Shown here: piece after piece, positions 1-10,347 of the stretch
How the letters are laid out: every line of letters begins with the position of its first letter
Position numbering within the stretch: position 1 is the first letter of the stretch
Source: a bacterium
Lineage (GTDB): Bacteria; UBA8248; JACPRG01; G963555815
Direction: 5' to 3'
DNA length: 64,000 nucleotides
Assembly (NCBI GenBank): GCA_965218795.1
Contig: OZ244653.1
Span: 1,312,001 to 1,376,000 of the forward strand
Made by a program: the position numbers and the translations under genes
Notes under the pieces: generated by a model
Databases searched by the model: none
Seen by the model: the letters and a program-made list of their open reading frames with translations, nothing else
What the model was told of the DNA's origin: nothing

Positions 1-1083
1 TGCCTGGCGGAAATGACGAACAATGTATTCTACGCGTGCGACCTCAGAGACTCCGACCTCTTCTTCTGGTTCTCTGACATCGGGTGGATGATGGGCCCCT
101 GGGAGATGATTGGGGTCCAATGTCGCGGTGGAACGTATTTGATCTACGAAGGCGTTCCCAACCACCCCGAACCCGATCGTCTCTGGAAGACCCTGGTACG
201 CCACGGCGTCACGACGCTTGGGATCTCGCCCACGGCGATCCGGCTGTTGATCGGCGCCGGAGACAAATGGGTCGACCGGCATGATCTGTCAACCCTCCGG
301 GTTCTCGGTTCCACGGGGGAGCCGTGGGATCCGGAATCATTCATGTGGTATTTCGGAAAGGTGGGAGGGGGACGGTGCCCGGTCATCAATTGTTCGGGCG
401 GAACGGAGCTCGCAGGATGTCTGCTTTCTCCCCTGCCCGTTCAGCCGATGAAAGCCTGCTCTCTCGGCGGTCCGGCCTTGGGAAAGGATGTAGAAGTATA
501 CGATGATGACGGCCATCCAGTCCGTGGCGGGATCGGCCATCTTGTTTGCAAAAATCCCTGTCCTTCCATGACCAAGGGGTTCTTGAACGATCCCGATCGC
601 TATCTGGACACATACTTCTCCCGGTGGCCGGACGTCTGGTATCACGGCGATTGGGCCATGGTGGACGATGACGGATTCTGGTACCTTTTCGGGCGTTCGG
701 ACGACACGATCATGGTGGCCGGGAAACGGGTCGGGCCGGCGGAGGTGGAGGCGGCGCTTCTGCGAAATCCCGCGGTCGTCGAGGCCGCCGCCATCGGCGT
801 CCCCCATGAACTCAAAGGCGAGGCCATCGTAGCGTTTGCGGTCCTGGGTCCCGGGGTGGAGGTATCCGACTCGCTCCGAGAGGAATTGAATCATGCCGTA
901 GTGGATATATTCGGAAAATCCCTGGCGCCCGAGGCGATCTTGTTTGTGAAGGCCATACCCAAAACGAGATCGGCCAAGATTCTCCGTAGTTCCATTCGCC
1001 GCAAGTACCTGGGCGAGGAAATTGGAGACGTATCAAGCGTGGAGAATCCCGACGCCTTCGATGCCATCGGCAATGCTCAGTGA
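1..1083 (+). CDS. Acetyl-CoA synthetase-like AMP-binding enzyme, 5'-truncated by the window edge
   Basis: SDIGWMMG, GSTGEPW, YHGDW..GRSDD and PKTRSAKILR motifs of acyl-CoA synthetases. Confidence 0.9.
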   Translation, partial: CLAEMTNNVFYACDLRDSDLFFWFSDIGWMMGPWEMIGVQCRGGTYLIYEGVPNHPEPDRLWKTLVRHGVTTLGISPTAIRLLIGAGDKWVDRHDLSTLRVLGSTGEPWDPESFMWYFGKVGGGRCPVINCSGGTELAGCLLSPLPVQPMKACSLGGPALGKDVEVYDDDGHPVRGGIGHLVCKNPCPSMTKGFLNDPDRYLDTYFSRWPDVWYHGDWAMVDDDGFWYLFGRSDDTIMVAGKRVGPAEVEAALLRNPAVVEAAAIGVPHELKGEAIVAFAVLGPGVEVSDSLREELNHAVVDIFGKSLAPEAILFVKAIPKTRSAKILRSSIRRKYLGEEIGDVSSVENPDAFDAIGNAQ

Positions 1084-1538
1084 AGAGCACGACTGTCCAG
1101 GGAATGGTTGTGAGGGATCATCCGGGACGGAAAGGCGAATTCGCGGGGTCCGGGCGTAGAAACTGCTCCCTAACCCGCACCGTAAAGAAGAATCCCGCAC
1201 TCAAATTTTTGGATTGAGAAGAATACCGGGGGCGCTGACGGTAGCCGAACGATACGTTTTAGCGCATTACGTATTACGGCTTAAACTGTACAACTTAGGT
1301 ATCTTCCCGAACAAAAGATATTGTTATAAATCTCTCACTCCGTCAATGATGCGCCCGATTGCGTCATGTTAGGATAATTATCTGATTTTATTTGATTTTT
1401 TCGTTATTCACCCACCTCCAGCCCCTTGCATTCCCGCCACGCTTGTGCTCAAATACGCACCGATTTGATGCGGCTTGTGTTCTATTTGATTACGGAATTG
1501 CATACCGAATCACCATAGAACAAAGGCAAGGAGCGGCC

Positions 1539-2723
1539 ATGCCCAGACGAAGCGAGCTCAGGATCACCAAACGCGCCGTGGACGCGCTCACCGTCGAAGT
1601 TGAGGACGCCGTGTTCTGGGACCGGGACCTCCCGGGCTTCGGAGTGCGTGTCCATGCCACGGGCCGCAAGGCCTACGTGGTCCAGTCCCGGGGGAAGGCC
1701 GGACCAAAGCGCGTGACCCTGGGGCGGCATGGGGACCTGTCGACCGATGAGGCGAGGAAGCGGGCGGCCGTGGTCATCGACCGCATCAAGCAAGGCGAGG
1801 ACCCCATTCCCAAGCCGCCCGAACCGGAGCTCACCGTGGCCGTACTGTCCGAACGGTTCATGCATGTGCATGTCAACGTGCATTGCAAGCCGAGAACCAT
1901 TGCAACGTACCGGAGCGTGCTCGACAAGCACATTCTTCCCGTCCTGGGCGAGAAGGCCATCAGCGAAGTCGGACGAAAGGAGATCTCCGCACTGCATCAC
2001 GAACTTCGCGACACGCCTGCAATGGCCAACCAGACCGTCAAGATTCTGTCGACGATGTTCTCGCTGGCCGAGGCGTGGGGAAAAATACCGCCCGGCCGGA
2101 ACCCGTGTGAGTCGGTGCGCCGGTACAAGGAGAGGTCGCGCGAGCGGTTTCTGACGCCCGAGGAGTTCCAGCGCTTGGGCCGTGTATTGAGGGATGCGGA
2201 AACGGACGGCTCGGTGTGGCCGCCGGCCATTGCAGCGCTCCGCCTGCTCATGTTGACCGGATGCCGGAAGAGCGAGATCCTGACGTTGCGCTGGGACGAC
2301 GTGGACCGCACGGCGGGCGAGCTGAGGCTCAGGGACGCCAAGGCGGGCCCGCGCATGGTTCTCCTGACCGCGCCCGTGCGAACAGTGTTTGACGGCATTC
2401 CCCGTATCGACGGCGCTCCCTGGGTGCTTGCCGGGCAAAGGCCGGGGACCGGCCTGACGAAGCTCGATAACTACTGGCAATCCATCCGGGCAAAGGCGGG
2501 ACTCGAGGACGTTCGGATCCATGACATACGGCATTCCTATGCATCGAGGGCCCTGGCGCTTGGCGAGAGCCTGCCCACGATCGGGAAGCTGCTCGGTCAC
2601 AGGAAGGTGGGGACAACAGCGCGGTACGCGCACCTGATGCGGGACGCGGAGAAGGAGGCCGCCACCCGGGTGGGCGACAGCATCGGCGCCCATCTTGGGC
2701 CGGGGAGCACCGAGGCGGCATGA
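1539..2723 (+). CDS. Tyrosine recombinase/integrase with N-terminal arm-binding (DUF4102-like) domain
   Basis: WDRDLPGFGVRV N-terminus; catalytic TGCRKSE, HDIRH, LGH and RYAH motifs; AAGGAG upstream of ATG 1539. Confidence 0.92.
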   Translation: MPRRSELRITKRAVDALTVEVEDAVFWDRDLPGFGVRVHATGRKAYVVQSRGKAGPKRVTLGRHGDLSTDEARKRAAVVIDRIKQGEDPIPKPPEPELTVAVLSERFMHVHVNVHCKPRTIATYRSVLDKHILPVLGEKAISEVGRKEISALHHELRDTPAMANQTVKILSTMFSLAEAWGKIPPGRNPCESVRRYKERSRERFLTPEEFQRLGRVLRDAETDGSVWPPAIAALRLLMLTGCRKSEILTLRWDDVDRTAGELRLRDAKAGPRMVLLTAPVRTVFDGIPRIDGAPWVLAGQRPGTGLTKLDNYWQSIRAKAGLEDVRIHDIRHSYASRALALGESLPTIGKLLGHRKVGTTARYAHLMRDAEKEAATRVGDSIGAHLGPGSTEAA

Positions 2724-2734
2724 GGCTGGATGAC

Positions 2735-3969
2735 ATGGCGAAGCTGGAATACAAGACGCTCTCGAACCGCACGGTCGAGAAGCTGAAGGTCCAAAAGGAC
2801 ACGGTGTTCTGGGATCACGAGCTCACGGGATTCGGGGTGCGGGTCTATCCCACGGGCGGCAAGGTCTATATCGCCCAGGCCCGGGGACCGGGGGGACCGA
2901 AGCGGGTCACGGTGGGCCGGCACGGAGTGCTCGGCGCGGAGCAGGCGCGTCAGCGGGCGGCGCTGATCATCGCCCGGGTCAAGGCGGGCGATGAGCCCGT
3001 GCCCGAACCGATGAAGCCGGCCGGAGGTTCCACCGTGGGCGAGCTTGCGAGGCGGTATCTCGAAGAGCATGTGGCCGTGCGCTGCAAGCCGCGTACCGCA
3101 GCATCGACCCGCACGGTGGTGAACCGTCATATCGTGCCCGTTCTCGGCAGGCTGTCTCTCGTGGCGGTCGAGCGTTCGCAGGTCACGGAGCTGCATCAAC
3201 GACTGTGCGAGACGCCTTCCATTGCGAACATGGTGGTCCGCACCCTGTCGCTGATGTACAGGCTGGCCGAGGGCTGGGGACTCGTTCCGGAGGGATGCAA
3301 CCCCTGCCGCTCTGTCGTCAAGTACCCCGCGCGCAAGCGGGAGCGTTTCCTGACCGACGGGGAGTTCACCCGTTTGGGGCAGGTATTGGACGAGGCCGAG
3401 GCCCGGGGAGAGGCATCGGCCTCGGCGGTGGCGGCGATCCGTCTCCTCATGCTGACGGGATGCCGGAAGAACGAGATCCTGTGCCTGCGCTGGGAGGGCG
3501 TGGCGCTGGATCAGAACGAATTGAGGCTGCCCGACGCGAAGACGGGCGCAAGGGTGGTTCCACTGTCGCCCTCGGCTGTGAAGCTTCTTTCCGGTCTACC
3601 TCGAGAACCGGGCAATCCGTGGGTCATTCCCGGGCGGAAGCCGGGCGCGCACATGAGCAACGTGGATCAGGCCTGGAGGACGTCCGGATCCATGACCTGC
3701 GGCATTCGTATGCCAGCCGCGCACTGGCGCTGGGGGAGAGTCTTCCGATGATTGGGAAACTCTTGGGCCACAGCCAGGTGGAGACCACGGCCCGGTACGC
3801 GCATCTGGCGCGGGATTCGGTGCAGGAGGCCGCGGAGCGTATTGCCGGGAGCATCGCGGCGGACATTCTAGGCGAAGGTTTGGGGGTCGGGTGCGGCGTA
3901 ACTCGGCAACAAGGTCCGCCATTGAGGCGGCAGTGTCAGTTTCAACTTATTTCCGAACTAAAATCTTGA
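2735..3969 (+). pseudogene. Second paralogous integrase, frameshifted at about 3673
   Basis: Same domain layout as the first. The frame breaks at DQAW and resumes as GLEDVRIHDLRH...TTARYAH in another frame, joined at GGCCTGG. Confidence 0.88.
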
Positions 3970-4355
3970 TTAGTGGCGGGTGGTGTCTTGCCCAAAGCCT
4001 CGTTCTTAAATTTTTGCACCTTCCGCCCACATAGGTCAACGCCTACTAAACGGTACAGGACAAGTGTGGTTTTGAAAAGAGGTCTACGCATGGGCACCAA
4101 GCTCATCAAGGGGCCCTTCACAACCCAGGAATACTCTTTTTCAACCGCGATTATACCCTTGACACATCATCGTCTATATGTAGTGGTCCGCTCGGTTTTC
4201 CCCGAACCACAAGATGTAGGGGTTAATTCCGTGGAACCCCTGATTCTGAAAGCTTTTCCATCTCTTCCTGCTTGGCGGCTTTTGCCTTGGCAGCCGCTTC
4301 GGCCGCCGCTTTCGCTGCCCTCTGCCAGTCACTCCAAACCTTTCGCGGTTATCAA

Positions 4356-4382
4356 CTGGTCTCGTTTGAAGGGGGCAGGTCA
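4356..4382 (+). mobile_element. IS3-family right terminal inverted repeat remnant
   Basis: Ends in GGGGCAGGTCA. It shares TGGTCTCGTT with the degenerate end at about 4949-4972 and abuts the truncation point of the IS110 fragment. Confidence 0.5.
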
Positions 4383-4620
4383 ACCGGGAAGCTCTATCAG
4401 GACTTCATTCCGGCGCTTGGCGACATCGATGGCTACAAGTGCCGTATCGCTCGGCGTAGGGTGGTATCGGGTCATGGTCGGTCTGCCTCCAAAGTGGCGA
4501 ATGAGCGCGCTTACTCTAGAGACCTGCGGTCCGGCCATGACCGCCCGCTTGAGCGCTCGATGGGCTCCACGGGCGGTCATGGCCACCACCTGCGCTTCCT
4601 TCCCAATGTGCTACGGATCG
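4380..4620 (-). mobile_element. IS110-family remnant: non-coding leader plus the first ~31 codons of the recombinase
   Basis: MTRYHPTPSDTALVAIDVAKRRNEVLIELPG resembles the DEDD-RuvC N-terminus (GIDVAK-like); GGAGG precedes ATG 4475. Confidence 0.65.
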
Positions 4621-4972
4621 GATTCACGGCCAGGGTGGTCAGGGACTGGCTCAAGGCGGTTGGCGTGAGGACGTTGTCCATCGAGCCAGGGAGCCCCTGG
4701 GAGAACGGATATGTGGAGCGTTTCAACGGGAAGCTGAGGGATGAGCTCCTGAACGTGGAGGTGTTTGAGACGCTGAAGGAAGCCCAGGTGCTGGTGGAGA
4801 GGTGGAGGCGGGCGTACAACCAGCTACGGCCTCACAGCGCCTTGGCCTACCGGCCGCCTGCGTCAGAGGCCAGATTCTCAAGATCCCAAACCCCTGGCGC
4901 CGGTCCCCCGGAGTGGACTTCAAAGGGTCCCTTGTCTAACGTAACATGTGGTCTCGTTCGTGGGGTCAGATT
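4620..4972 (+). mobile_element. IS3-family transposase C-terminal (integrase core) fragment
   Basis: IEPGSPWENGYVERFNGKLRDELLN...YNQLRPHSALAYRPPA. Confidence 0.88.
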
Positions 4973-5086
4973 TCCCAGGTGTTTTGTGGGCCATGGACCG
5001 AATCCTCCCTATAGCTGTAATATGGGGCCGCAAGATCGGTTTGTCAAGATAGGGTTATAAGCCCCTTTCTCATAAGGAAGATTCCA

Positions 5087-6286
5087 GTGAACAAAAAAGT
5101 TCTCATAGCCATTGCCATTGCCGTTGCGGCGATGACGGTAACCGTGGCAGGCGCCAACGCTGAAAATGTAAAGCTTGGCATCATTGTCGGATTTACCGGC
5201 CCGATCGAATCGCTGACGCCGGACATGAGCGCGGGCGCGGAGTTGGCAATGAAGGAAGCAAGCGCATCCGGCCTTTTCCTCGGCGGCTCGACGATTACGG
5301 CCGTCAAGGCCGATTCGACTTGCATCGATGCCGCGGCCGCGACGACTGCGGCGGAACGTCTTGTGACCGCGGACAAGGTAAGGGGCATCGTGGGCGGCGA
5401 CTGCTCCGGCGTTACCAGCGCGATCCTTCAAAAGGTGGCACGTCCGAACGGCATCGTCATGATTTCGCCATCGGCGACCAGCCCCGCGCTTTCGACCGCG
5501 AAAGATGACGGTCTTTTCTTCCGCACCGCGCCGTCCGACACCCGCCAGGGCCAGGTCATGACGAAAATCATCACGGATCGCGGGATCAAGACCGTTGCCG
5601 TCACCTACACCAACAACGATTACGGCAAGGGGCTTGCCGAATCCTTCAAGTCGGCATTCGAAACCGCGGGCGGCAAAATCACGATCAATGCCGCGCATGA
5701 GGATGGCAAGGCCGATTATTCCGCGGAAGTCGGCGCGCTGGCTTCGGCGGGCGGAGAGGCGCTCGTCGTGGCTGGCTATCTTGACCAAGGCGGCCTCGGA
5801 ATCATCCGAATGGCGCTCGACACGGATGCCTTCAGAACTTTCGTCCTGCCCGACGGCATGGTCGGCGAATCGCTGGTCAAGGCCGTCGGTTCCGATCTCA
5901 ACGGCTCTTTCGGCCAGCATCCCGGAACCGACAGCCCCGGCGCGGCGTTGATCGTCAAGTTGGGCAAGGAGAACGGTTTCAAGGGCGACACCCCGTTTGC
6001 TCCGGAATCCTATGATGCGGCCGCGCTCATCATTCTGGCCATGCAGGCGGCCGGCTCCTCGGACCCTGCGGCCTACAAGAGCAAGGTGATGAGCGTCGCC
6101 AATGCTCCGGGGGAAAAAATTCTCCCCGGCGAACTCGGAAAGGCGCTGCGGATACTCAAGGACGGCGGCGATGTCGACTATGTCGGCGGGTCGGCGGTCG
6201 AGTTGGTCGGCGCCGGAGAATCCAAGGGCAACTACCGTGAAATCGAAATAAAGAACGGCAAGATCGTCACGGTACGCTATTACTGA
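5087..6286 (+). CDS. Branched-chain amino acid-type ABC transporter substrate-binding protein
   Basis: Signal peptide; ISPSATSP, FFRTAPSD and NNDYGKGL motifs. Confidence 0.92.
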   Translation: MNKKVLIAIAIAVAAMTVTVAGANAENVKLGIIVGFTGPIESLTPDMSAGAELAMKEASASGLFLGGSTITAVKADSTCIDAAAATTAAERLVTADKVRGIVGGDCSGVTSAILQKVARPNGIVMISPSATSPALSTAKDDGLFFRTAPSDTRQGQVMTKIITDRGIKTVAVTYTNNDYGKGLAESFKSAFETAGGKITINAAHEDGKADYSAEVGALASAGGEALVVAGYLDQGGLGIIRMALDTDAFRTFVLPDGMVGESLVKAVGSDLNGSFGQHPGTDSPGAALIVKLGKENGFKGDTPFAPESYDAAALIILAMQAAGSSDPAAYKSKVMSVANAPGEKILPGELGKALRILKDGGDVDYVGGSAVELVGAGESKGNYREIEIKNGKIVTVRYY

Positions 6287-6363
6287 GGCCGGCGATGCCG
6301 TCGCCTCGAGGCGGCGGACCGGACCGGTCCTTTTGTCCGCCGGTTCGCGCGGAGCGTCGGCAG

Positions 6364-7140
6364 ATGATTACCGTCGAGAACGTTTACAAGCATTTCGGGG
6401 GCGTACACGCGGTCGACGGGGTGTCTCTCGTGATCGCTCAAAACACGATCACCGGGCTCATCGGCCCCAACGGAGCCGGCAAGACGACGCTGTTCAATGT
6501 CATCGCCGGGATGTACCGGCCGGATTCGGGCAGTATCCGTATGGCCGACGAGGATGTCACGGGGCTGCCGCCTCACGAACTTTTCAACAAGGGGCTTCTC
6601 CGCACCTTCCAGATCGCCCACGAATTCTCGTCCATGACCGTACGCGAAAACCTGATGATGGTTCCCGCCGGCCAGTCGGGAGAAAGCCTCGTCTCGGTCT
6701 GGTTGCGCCCCGCGCGGGTAGCCGAAGAGGAACGGACCCTGGCCGCGAGAGCCGGGGAAGTCATGGAATTCCTTACCGTCGGTCATCTCGCCGACGAGCG
6801 CGCCGGAAACCTGTCGGGCGGGCAAAAGAAGCTTCTCGAGCTGGGCCGGACGATGATGGCGGAGGCCCGGATCGTCTTCCTCGACGAGGTCGGCGCGGGC
6901 GTGAATCCGACGCTGATGAAAACCATCGGAGAGTCGATCGTCAGACTCAACCGGGAGCGCGACTATACCTTCTGCATGATCGAGCACAACATGGATACGA
7001 TCTCGAGTCTCTGCGATCCGGTTATCGTGATGGCGGAGGGCAAGGTGCTGATGGAGGGTTCGGCGGAACAGGTGATGGCGAACGAAGAGGTCATCATGAA
7101 ATATCTCGGCAGTGGGTTTTCCGGAGACGGTCCGGCATGA
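6364..7140 (+). CDS. livG: ABC ATPase, LivG-like
   Basis: GPNGAGKTT, LSGGQKKLLELGR, FLDE. Confidence 0.88.
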   Translation: MITVENVYKHFGGVHAVDGVSLVIAQNTITGLIGPNGAGKTTLFNVIAGMYRPDSGSIRMADEDVTGLPPHELFNKGLLRTFQIAHEFSSMTVRENLMMVPAGQSGESLVSVWLRPARVAEEERTLAARAGEVMEFLTVGHLADERAGNLSGGQKKLLELGRTMMAEARIVFLDEVGAGVNPTLMKTIGESIVRLNRERDYTFCMIEHNMDTISSLCDPVIVMAEGKVLMEGSAEQVMANEEVIMKYLGSGFSGDGPA

Positions 7141-7841
7141 GCCTGCTTGTCGGAAAGAACATGACCGGAGGATACGGCGGCGACGATATCCTCGACGGCT
7201 GCACGATCGCCGCCGAAACAGGACAGATATCGGTGATCGTCGGTCCCAATGGAGCCGGAAAATCGACCGCGATGAAGGCGATCTTCGGGATGATCGACCT
7301 TCGCCAGGGATCGGTGTGGTTGCATGGGGAAGACATCACCCGGCTTTCGCCCCGGAACCGGGTATCGAAAGGGATGGCTTTCGTTCCCCAGACCGACAAC
7401 GTGTTCCCGTCAATGACGGTGGAGGAAAACCTCGAAATGGGGGCCTTCCTTCGTCGGGACAACATCATGGAAACGATGGAACAGATCTACGAACTGTTCC
7501 CGGTCCTCAAGGACAAGCGGCGGCAACTTGCCGGCGAGCTGTCCGGAGGCCAGCGCCAGCAGGTCGCCATCGGCCGCGGCCTCATGACGCTGCCGAAGGT
7601 TCTGATGCTCGACGAGCCGACCGCGGGGGTGTCTCCGATCGTTCGAGACGAGATCATGTTCCGGATCATGGAAATTGTCCACACCGGGGTCTCGATCCTG
7701 ATGGTCGAGCAGAATGCGAGGCAGGCCCTGGCCATCGCCGATGCTGGCTATGTCCTCGTCCAGGGCCGAAACCATTATACGGATGACGGCGTCAAGCTGC
7801 TCATCGACCCCGATGTCCGGAAGTCGTTCCTCGGACAGTGA
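7137..7841 (+). CDS. livF: ABC ATPase, LivF-like
   Basis: GPNGAGKST, LSGGQRQ, LDEPT, VEQNA; ATGA overlap with the previous gene. Confidence 0.88.
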   Translation: MSLLVGKNMTGGYGGDDILDGCTIAAETGQISVIVGPNGAGKSTAMKAIFGMIDLRQGSVWLHGEDITRLSPRNRVSKGMAFVPQTDNVFPSMTVEENLEMGAFLRRDNIMETMEQIYELFPVLKDKRRQLAGELSGGQRQQVAIGRGLMTLPKVLMLDEPTAGVSPIVRDEIMFRIMEIVHTGVSILMVEQNARQALAIADAGYVLVQGRNHYTDDGVKLLIDPDVRKSFLGQ

Positions 7842-7844
7842 ACG

Positions 7845-8855
7845 ATGGATTTCCTGAACGCGGTCATCCTCCTCTGCAACTTCGTGATTATTCCGGCGAC
7901 CGCCTATGGCTGCCAGCTGACCCTCGGCGCGCTCGGGGTCACGCTGGTATACGGGGTTCTGCGATTTTCCAACTTTGCCCACGGCGACATCATGGCCTTC
8001 GGCACGATGATTACGATCCTCGTGACCTGGTGGCTGCAGGCGTCCGGCGTGTCTCTTGGCGTTCTGCCGACGGCGCTGCTCGCCCTTCCGGTCGGAATCG
8101 CCGCGGCCGCCGCCTTGTTGCTGGCCACGGATCGGATCGTCTACCGGTTCTACCGGCGCCGCAAGAGCGACGCGATGATATTCATGATCGCCTCCGTCGG
8201 CGTCATGTTCGTTTTCAACAGTATCGTCCGCCTGGTCATCGGCCCGGAGCATCAGCGCTTTGCCGACGGCGCCCGGTTTATCGTCAAGGCGCGTGAGTTC
8301 AAGAAGGCGACCGGGCTTTCCGAAGGTCTGACGATCAATGTGCCGCAGTCCATCACCGTCGTCGCCGCCGTCATCGCCGTCACGGCCCTGTTCTGGTTCA
8401 TCGGACGGACCCGCACCGGAAAATCCATGCGGGCGATGGCCGATAACGAGGATCTCGCAGCTCTGTGCGGTATCAATGCCGAGCGCGTGATCGCGGTCAC
8501 CTGGATACTCACCGCGGCGCTCGCCACCACGGCCGGCGTGCTGTACGGCCTGGACAAGGGCTTCAAGCCTTTCACCTACTTCCAACTCCTGCTGCCGATA
8601 TTCGCCGCGGCGATTGTCGGCGGACTCGGCAATCCGGTCGGCGCCATCGCGGGAGGGTTCGTGGTCGCTTTCTCCGAGATATCGATTACGTACGCTTTCA
8701 AGAAATTTCTCGGCTATATCCTGCCGGAGAGCATGAGGCCCGAAAACCTCGTCCAGATTCTTTCGACCGATTACAAGCTGGCGGTTTCTTTCGGCATCCT
8801 GATTCTCGTCCTCATGTTCAAGCCGACTGGCCTTTTCACGCGCGGATCGAAGTGA
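7845..8855 (+). CDS. livH: ABC permease, LivH-like
   Basis: LRFSNFAHGD; GKSMRAMADN. Confidence 0.88.
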   Translation: MDFLNAVILLCNFVIIPATAYGCQLTLGALGVTLVYGVLRFSNFAHGDIMAFGTMITILVTWWLQASGVSLGVLPTALLALPVGIAAAAALLLATDRIVYRFYRRRKSDAMIFMIASVGVMFVFNSIVRLVIGPEHQRFADGARFIVKAREFKKATGLSEGLTINVPQSITVVAAVIAVTALFWFIGRTRTGKSMRAMADNEDLAALCGINAERVIAVTWILTAALATTAGVLYGLDKGFKPFTYFQLLLPIFAAAIVGGLGNPVGAIAGGFVVAFSEISITYAFKKFLGYILPESMRPENLVQILSTDYKLAVSFGILILVLMFKPTGLFTRGSK

Positions 8856-10150
8856 ACCGGAAAAACACCGCTCTGTTTGCGGCCGTCTTTGCGCTGCTCG
8901 TTCTCGTCGGTCTGGCGCAGAGCTGGTCCGTTGCGCTGACGATTCTCAACCTGTGCCTGATCTCGGCGATCATGAGCCTCGGGCTCAATGCGCAATGGGG
9001 GTATGCGGGCCTGTTCAACTTCGGAACCATGGGCTTCGTTGCGCTGGGCGGCGTGGCCGCCGTCATCGTCGGCATGCCGCCGGTCGGAGCGGCCTGGGCC
9101 GCGGGAGGATTGCAGGTCATCGCCGCGCTGCTGCTTGGCGCCGGAACCGTCACCGTCGCGATATTCCTCTGGAGACGGATGAGTCCCGGCCGCCGGCGCT
9201 GGTTCGCGCTCATTGCAATCCTGGTCGCCGGCGGTTTCCTGTTCCGACTCGTCTTGGATCCGGCGGTCGCCGCCATTGAAAGGGTGAATCCCGCCGCCAC
9301 CGGTTATCTCGGCGGGCTCGGCCTTCCCATCCTTATTTCCTGGCCCGTCGGCGGGCTGCTGGCGGCCGGCGCCGCCTGGATCGTCGGCAAGATGGCGCTG
9401 GGGCTTCGTACGGATTACCTGGCCATCACGACGTTCGGAATCGCCGAAATCATCATTATTGTCATCAAGAACGAAGACTGGCTTGTCCGCGGCGTCAAGA
9501 ACGTCACCGGTCTTCCCCGTCCGGTCGCCTACGAGGTGGATCTTCAGAAATCGGAAGCCTTCCTCGGATGGGCGTCGCGTCTCGGCGTGGATCCGGTCGA
9601 TCTGTCATCGGCATATGTGAAGCTGTCCTATGCCGCCCTGTTCGCCGCCGTGCTGCTGGTTCTGCTGTGGCTGTCCCAGAAAGCGCTCAATTCGCCCTGG
9701 GGGCGGATGATGCGCGCGATCCGCGACAACGAGACCGCGGCGGAAGCCATGGGAAAGAACGTGGCCGCTCGACACTTGCAGACATTCATTCTGGGCTCGG
9801 CCGTCTGCGGCATCGCGGGCGCGATGATCACCACGCTGGACGGCCAGCTCACCCCCGGTTCCTACCAGCCTCTGCGTTTCACGTTCCTGGTCTGGGTCAT
9901 GGTGATCCTCGGCGGCTCCGGAAATAACTGGGGCGCCGTTCTCGGGGGCATGATTGTCTGGTTTCTTTGGGTAGAGGTCGAACCGGTAGGGCTATGGCTG
10001 ATGGACGTAGTTACCGCCGGCCTGCCGGAAGGCAGCGGCCTGCGCGCCCATTTGCTGCGCTCGGCCGCTTACATGCGGCTGTTGACGATGGGCGTTATTC
10101 TTCTTCTTGTCCTAAGATTCTTTCCGCGCGGACTTATTCCGGAAAAGTGA
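8852..10150 (+). CDS. livM: ABC permease, LivM-like
   Basis: GYAGLFNFG, LRTDYLAI, WGRMMRAIRDNE, GGSGN. Confidence 0.88.
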   Translation: MNRKNTALFAAVFALLVLVGLAQSWSVALTILNLCLISAIMSLGLNAQWGYAGLFNFGTMGFVALGGVAAVIVGMPPVGAAWAAGGLQVIAALLLGAGTVTVAIFLWRRMSPGRRRWFALIAILVAGGFLFRLVLDPAVAAIERVNPAATGYLGGLGLPILISWPVGGLLAAGAAWIVGKMALGLRTDYLAITTFGIAEIIIIVIKNEDWLVRGVKNVTGLPRPVAYEVDLQKSEAFLGWASRLGVDPVDLSSAYVKLSYAALFAAVLLVLLWLSQKALNSPWGRMMRAIRDNETAAEAMGKNVAARHLQTFILGSAVCGIAGAMITTLDGQLTPGSYQPLRFTFLVWVMVILGGSGNNWGAVLGGMIVWFLWVEVEPVGLWLMDVVTAGLPEGSGLRAHLLRSAAYMRLLTMGVILLLVLRFFPRGLIPEK

Positions 10151-10347
10151 GACCCGCGACAGGCAACCGAAACGTCCGCTGACAGTTCCTGCTCATTGCG
10201 AACGGCCATCCCGCACACGATCATGACAGGCTATATGGACGCCTCCCGGTTTGTGAAGGACGATTCGGAGCACCTGGAGTCGCCCCGATTCGGTGGATAT
10301 TCTCAGGCTGTGCGTTTGGGTATCTCCTGTCTAACGAAACGAATGCC

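Noticed and set aside
1084-1538. tRNA/tmRNA or dif site as integrase target
   Set aside because: No cloverleaf or T-loop pattern; only a weak partial match to a XerD arm
4225-4355. IS1595 transposase tail
   Set aside because: Similarity is too weak; it reads better as the Ala/Lys-rich C-terminal remnant of an unknown gene on the minus strand
1539-5000. Prophage or integron
   Set aside because: No phage structural genes, no IntI-specific insertion and no attC-like array
6333-7136. Long N-terminal extensions in the ORF track (502-aa LivF, 561-aa LivM, 527-aa PyrR)
   Set aside because: They are open alternate frames of upstream GC-rich genes; real starts lie at stop/start overlaps
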